Of a stretch of 10,618 nucleotides of DNA, positions 7,346-10,618 are shown piece after piece. The notes under the pieces are model-generated. The model did no database searches. It was not told the origin of the DNA and worked only from the letters and a program-made list of their open reading frames with translations. This DNA is from Candidatus Scalinduaceae bacterium. GTDB lineage: Bacteria; Planctomycetota; Brocadiia; Brocadiales; Scalinduaceae. Both the position numbers and the translations under genes were made by a program. Position 1 is the stretch's first letter. The number at the start of each line of letters is the position of its first letter. The stretch spans positions 1 through 10,618 of the forward strand of contig JBHICG010000095.1 of assembly GCA_046759445.1 (NCBI GenBank), written 5' to 3'.

Positions 7346-7672
7346 ATGAAAAAATATGAACGAATCCGCAGAAAACTTCTTAGTAAACGAGATGAAATCG
7401 AGAGCCGTCTTAACAAGATTGATAAAGATATATTACATACCAGTGGAGCACCAAGTCCTGACTCTGGAGAACAGGCAATAGAACGCGAGAATGACGACGT
7501 ACTTGATGCCCTGGGCGGAATTGCGCGTGCAGAATTAGAGCAAATAAATACAGCACTTGCGCGTATTGAGCAAAATGAGTATGGAATCTGTACGGCATGC
7601 AAGAACCCCATATCTGCAGCAAGATTAGAGGCAATTCCGTACACAGATAATTGTATTGATTGTGCAGAGTAA
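7346..7672 (+). CDS. TraR/DksA family C4 zinc-finger transcription factor
   Basis: Coiled coil with a DSGEQA tip, ALARIEQNEYGICTAC...RLEAIPYTDNCIDC (CxxC...CxxC), and an AGGAGA RBS. Confidence 0.93.
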   Translation: MKKYERIRRKLLSKRDEIESRLNKIDKDILHTSGAPSPDSGEQAIERENDDVLDALGGIARAELEQINTALARIEQNEYGICTACKNPISAARLEAIPYTDNCIDCAE

Positions 7673-7735
7673 GACCAACAATGGAAGGAGTGGTACCCAA
7701 TTTGTTATAAACCAGGCACAGTACCTGAGGGGAAT

Positions 7736-7758
7736 AGGGTCAGGTTCTTTATTCTTGC
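7736..7758 (+). repeat. Solo copy of the RAYT-like element end
   Basis: agggtcaggttctttattcttgc matches the ends at 1052 and 1685 with a 1-nt insertion. Confidence 0.6.
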
Positions 7759-7855
7759 TCATTTTCATCAGAAAAAAGATTAGTAACATAATAACTTTAT
7801 TACAAGTACTAATGTACAGGCTGTGAAGAAATATTTTTAAGAAAGGAACTTAATA

Positions 7856-8296
7856 ATGAGTACAGTAGTTTCCAGTGAAGCAGAAAATTCAATTGGTAAT
7901 ACTAAATTTAAACCATCGAAGCATGCTATACATTGTCAAATAGAAAATTCTCTGGACGAGCAATTTTCTAAGGAGAGGCAGCATCCATGTTACATCGCAA
8001 AACTTCCTTCGCATACAGTTAGTATGAATGTTGGTGTCGTAGTGGCAGGCGGGACCTCTGGTAATCACCGTCACTACTATGAAAGTTTAATTTATATAAT
8101 TAATGGCAAAGGATATTCCGTAGTAGAAGGCAATAAGGTGAAATGGGAAGCCGGTGACATCATCTATGCACCGCCATGGTCATGGCATCAGCATTTTAAC
8201 ACAGACCCTGATAAAGAGGTTCGTTATGTTGCCTACACCAATGCGCCACTTCTGCAAAATGTTGGAGGAATTGCAAGAAGAGAAGAAGCTGCTTAG
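7856..8296 (+). CDS. Cupin domain protein (metal-binding monocupin), paralog 1
   Basis: Motif 1 HRHYYE...G, motif 2 G-x5-P-x4-H-x3-N (GDIIYAPPWSWHQHFN), and an AAGGA RBS. Confidence 0.9.
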   Translation: MSTVVSSEAENSIGNTKFKPSKHAIHCQIENSLDEQFSKERQHPCYIAKLPSHTVSMNVGVVVAGGTSGNHRHYYESLIYIINGKGYSVVEGNKVKWEAGDIIYAPPWSWHQHFNTDPDKEVRYVAYTNAPLLQNVGGIARREEAA

Positions 8297-8343
8297 GCTT
8301 GTCAGGGTACTGTCACAAATAAACAAAAAGGAGGACAATATTT

Positions 8344-8805
8344 ATGAGTACTAAAACAGAATTTGATTCCAGAGCAACTTCTGCCGAGTTTGGAAAGACA
8401 ACGGATCATGTTAAGGTTAAGATGCCTGACAAAGTAATCATTCGTCAGCTTGAAAAGCAAATAAATTCTTCTTATTCAGAGGAAAGACAATGTTCGGTTT
8501 CTATAGCCGATCTCCCATCTTATACTGTAGGTGTAGACATTACGTCAATACGCCCAAGTAGCAATGACAGGAAGCACCGTCATTATTATGAAACATTAAT
8601 CTTTATTCTGGAAGGCAGTGGTTACTCTGTTATTGAAGATAAAAAGGTGGAATGGGAAGCAGGCGATGCCCTTTACATTCCACCATGGTCATGGCACCAG
8701 CATTTTAATACAGACCCTGATAAAGTTGTTCGATACCTCTCCGGCACAAATGCACCGTTGCTGCAAAGTGTTGGAGAAATCGACTGCAGGGAAGAAGCTG
8801 GATAA
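8344..8805 (+). CDS. Cupin domain protein (metal-binding monocupin), paralog 2
   Basis: HRHYYE and GDALYIPPWSWHQHFN, with an AGGAGG RBS. Clearly paralogous to 7856-8296. Confidence 0.9.
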   Translation: MSTKTEFDSRATSAEFGKTTDHVKVKMPDKVIIRQLEKQINSSYSEERQCSVSIADLPSYTVGVDITSIRPSSNDRKHRHYYETLIFILEGSGYSVIEDKKVEWEAGDALYIPPWSWHQHFNTDPDKVVRYLSGTNAPLLQSVGEIDCREEAG

Positions 8806-8826
8806 TAGCTAACACCAGGAAAAAGG

Positions 8827-8852
8827 AAAAAAGGGGTCAAAAAAAGGGGTCA
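8827..8852 (+). repeat. Perfect 13-bp tandem duplication of an element end (aaaaaaggggtca x2)
   Basis: 8827-8839 is identical to 8840-8852. Confidence 0.9.
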
Positions 8853-9105
8853 AGTCTTTCCATGACTACAGGTGAGAGGGGTAGATTAGAGAGCAGGCGT
8901 AGGAATATAGCAGAGGTAACCTATTCGTAAAAGAAGTATTAGAATAAGACTGTAAGCTGCGACCTTTAGACCAATATTCGGATTTAGCCAAACAGATCAG
9001 ATGACTCCCTGTCCTGATAAGGTAAAGCGCACTCCCTTCTATCCGTTAAATAAGAAGTCAGTCAGGTTCGATGTGGGGATATGTAGCCATGGAAGAACTT
9101 GACCC
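8847..9105. mobile_element. 259-bp non-autonomous MITE/REPIN-like element with 24-bp inverted ends
   Basis: 8847-8870 gggtcaagtctttccatgactaca vs reverse complement of 9082-9105 gggtcaagttcttccatggctaca (21/24). No ORF of 60 aa or more inside. It sits between convergent genes. Confidence 0.72.
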
Positions 9106-9172
9106 TTTACTTTCCTGAGATCGCTATTATCTCACGGGGTTTAAAGCTGCCATCACCCAGATTAAACAGGGA

Positions 9173-10425
9173 TTACTGAACCATTCTTAATCCAACAGGA
9201 GCTACTGGTGGGGTTGTATCAGGTGGCGGCGCGCTTCCGGAACTAAACTCATAGGCGCCGATGTCGAAGCCTGCCCCTGCGGGCGTGGCTTGCCCGCAAA
9301 ATCCAGCAAAGGCGCTCCCAGAGCAACACCGGCGTCTATCGCCGGAGAAGTGGATTGTAAACGGAAGTCTTCGTTAGCTATACTGGTAAATAACGGGTCG
9401 GCAACAAAAGAGTTGGCCCCTGTATCATCCAAATCAGATGTGTTGAAGTATATATTATTATCCATAATTGGCAGATTGCCCGCCTTCGTTATAATGGGAT
9501 TAGTTTTAGTCGCCGTATAGTAGATAATATTATTTTTGATCACAACCTTGCTTAGATCTCCCGAATAATAAAAAGGTTTGAGAGCCCAAGACCAAGTGGC
9601 ACCAACATGATCAATAATAATAGTATTATTGTAGATATTGTAACCTTCGGGTCTTGTCGTACCAGCAATGAATATCGCCGTTCGTGCTGCCCCTACAGTC
9701 AAATAAAATACATTATTGTAGATATTAACAGAAGTGCCCTCAGGGCCACCGACAATTGTCGGCCCTCCATGGGAATCCTTAAAATAATTGTTTCGTATGA
9801 TTATATTACCATGTTTTCCTCTTGGATATATGGAGTGATCGTGTGCACCTTCTTCCATTCTTCCTATTCTCTCAAAAGTGCAATTCTCTATTGTTAAATT
9901 CTTTATCGGATGGTCTGGTAATGCAGACGTGTGTATAGCACCAGCAGTATTAGCAGAGATATCGTGGAAATAACAGTTTCTAATTATGTAATCACCACCT
10001 CTCTTCGAAAGAAACCCGAGATTGAACCAACCTATCTCAAGTCCATCAATTATCAAATATCCAACATCATGCTTAATACTTGTATCGATGAAAGTTCCAC
10101 CTCCCCCAAATATGGGCGTTTCGTTTGGATGTGCAGCGATAGTAATCCAATTTGACGGTGTCCCAGAAGCTGTCCATCTTACATTTTGCCTGGGATACTT
10201 CCCACCCCTACAATAAACGGTATCACCTGCGACCATATTGTCTTGCGCTTTTTGAAGGGTAACCCAGGGATTCCCTATCGACCCATCCCCATTAACATCA
10301 TCTCCATTAGGTGCGATGTAAAAGATATTGCCGCCCCCTCCCGCGCCAACAACCGTTACTGTCTGTGCAGCGTTAAATAACAAAATGACACTTATTATAA
10401 AAATTTGTTTAAGATATTTTTTCAT
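9173..10425 (-). CDS. Secreted right-handed parallel beta-helix protein with choice-of-anchor-Q-like C-terminus; 1-nt frameshift at 9274-9277
   Basis: ATG 10425 with an AAGGGA RBS and signal peptide MKKYLKQIFIISVILLF. YIAPNGDD...GSIGNPWVTLQKA...GDTVYCRGGKY, repeated IRNC/IENC/IRNN/IYNN strands, and DPLF...DFRLQSTSPAIDAG. The expected GFDIGAYEF continues in the adjacent frame to TAA at 9175-9173. As sequenced, the ORF ends at 9202. Confidence 0.85.
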
Positions 10426-10514
10426 TTCTATCCCTTTTAAATATTCGGTTTTAATAATTGTTAGAAAAGCATAAACACGAACCACGGATACGATTCACGA
10501 TTGTAATTCAGGGT

Positions 10515-10618
10515 TTACGGTGCAATTTTCGTTAACCCTTGCGGAGGCGCTGGTGGTGTCGTGTCAGGGGGAGTTGAACCACTTCCCTGGCCTAATATTA
10601 CAACCGTATACATGCTAT
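10515..10618 (-). CDS. 3' end of an upstream gene (partial), probably a secreted protein
   Basis: Open frame ...SMYTVVILGQGSGSTPPDTTPPAPPQGLTKIAP* ending at TAA 10517-10515. The tail resembles the corrected tail of the downstream gene. Confidence 0.7.
   Translation of the reverse strand, partial: SMYTVVILGQGSGSTPPDTTPPAPPQGLTKIAP

Noticed and set aside
7333..8812. ORFs 7333-7644, 7410-7700, 7889-8074, 8154-8354, 8618-8812
   Set aside because: Antisense or alternate-frame overlaps of the DksA/TraR and cupin genes. The similarity between 8154-8354 and 8618-8812 only reflects the cupin duplication.
9241..9360. GC-rich patch (71 of 120 nt G+C) suggesting a chimeric gene end
   Set aside because: Largely explained by Pro/Ala/Gly-rich coding, and no breakpoint is visible.
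9290..10380. Plus-strand ORFs 9290-9520, 9607-9897, 9931-10155, 10022-10216, 10186-10380
   Set aside because: Shadows of the beta-helix gene.
1..10618. CRISPR array, tRNA, rRNA, T-box or known riboswitch
   Set aside because: No regularly spaced repeats or recognisable RNA consensus were seen. Only 65 nt upstream of trpS are visible.

Overview
AT-rich bacterial window, probably from an anaerobe (inference). It holds: trpS with a four-Cys Fe-S motif (+); an internally deleted RAYT-like (Y1 HUH) transposase between 26-bp GGGTCA-tagged inverted ends; a minus-strand operon of a fused EtfB-EtfA, a fused FixC-FixX/ETF-quinone oxidoreductase and a frameshifted PNPOx-like flavin-binding gene; a decayed IS91-like transposase fused to the 5' stump of an exported-protein gene and carrying a 27-bp in-frame palindromic insert; a DksA/TraR gene; two paralogous cupins; a 259-bp non-coding element with related GGGTCA inverted ends; and a secreted beta-helix protein whose conserved C-terminus is hidden by a 1-nt frameshift and shares a DTTPP-x-P-x-GL tail with the partial upstream gene. 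The best leads are the GGGTCA-end element family, the two-gene FixABCX-like module with an unexplained ~90-aa insert, and the shared C-terminal tail. Novelty cannot be established without database searches.
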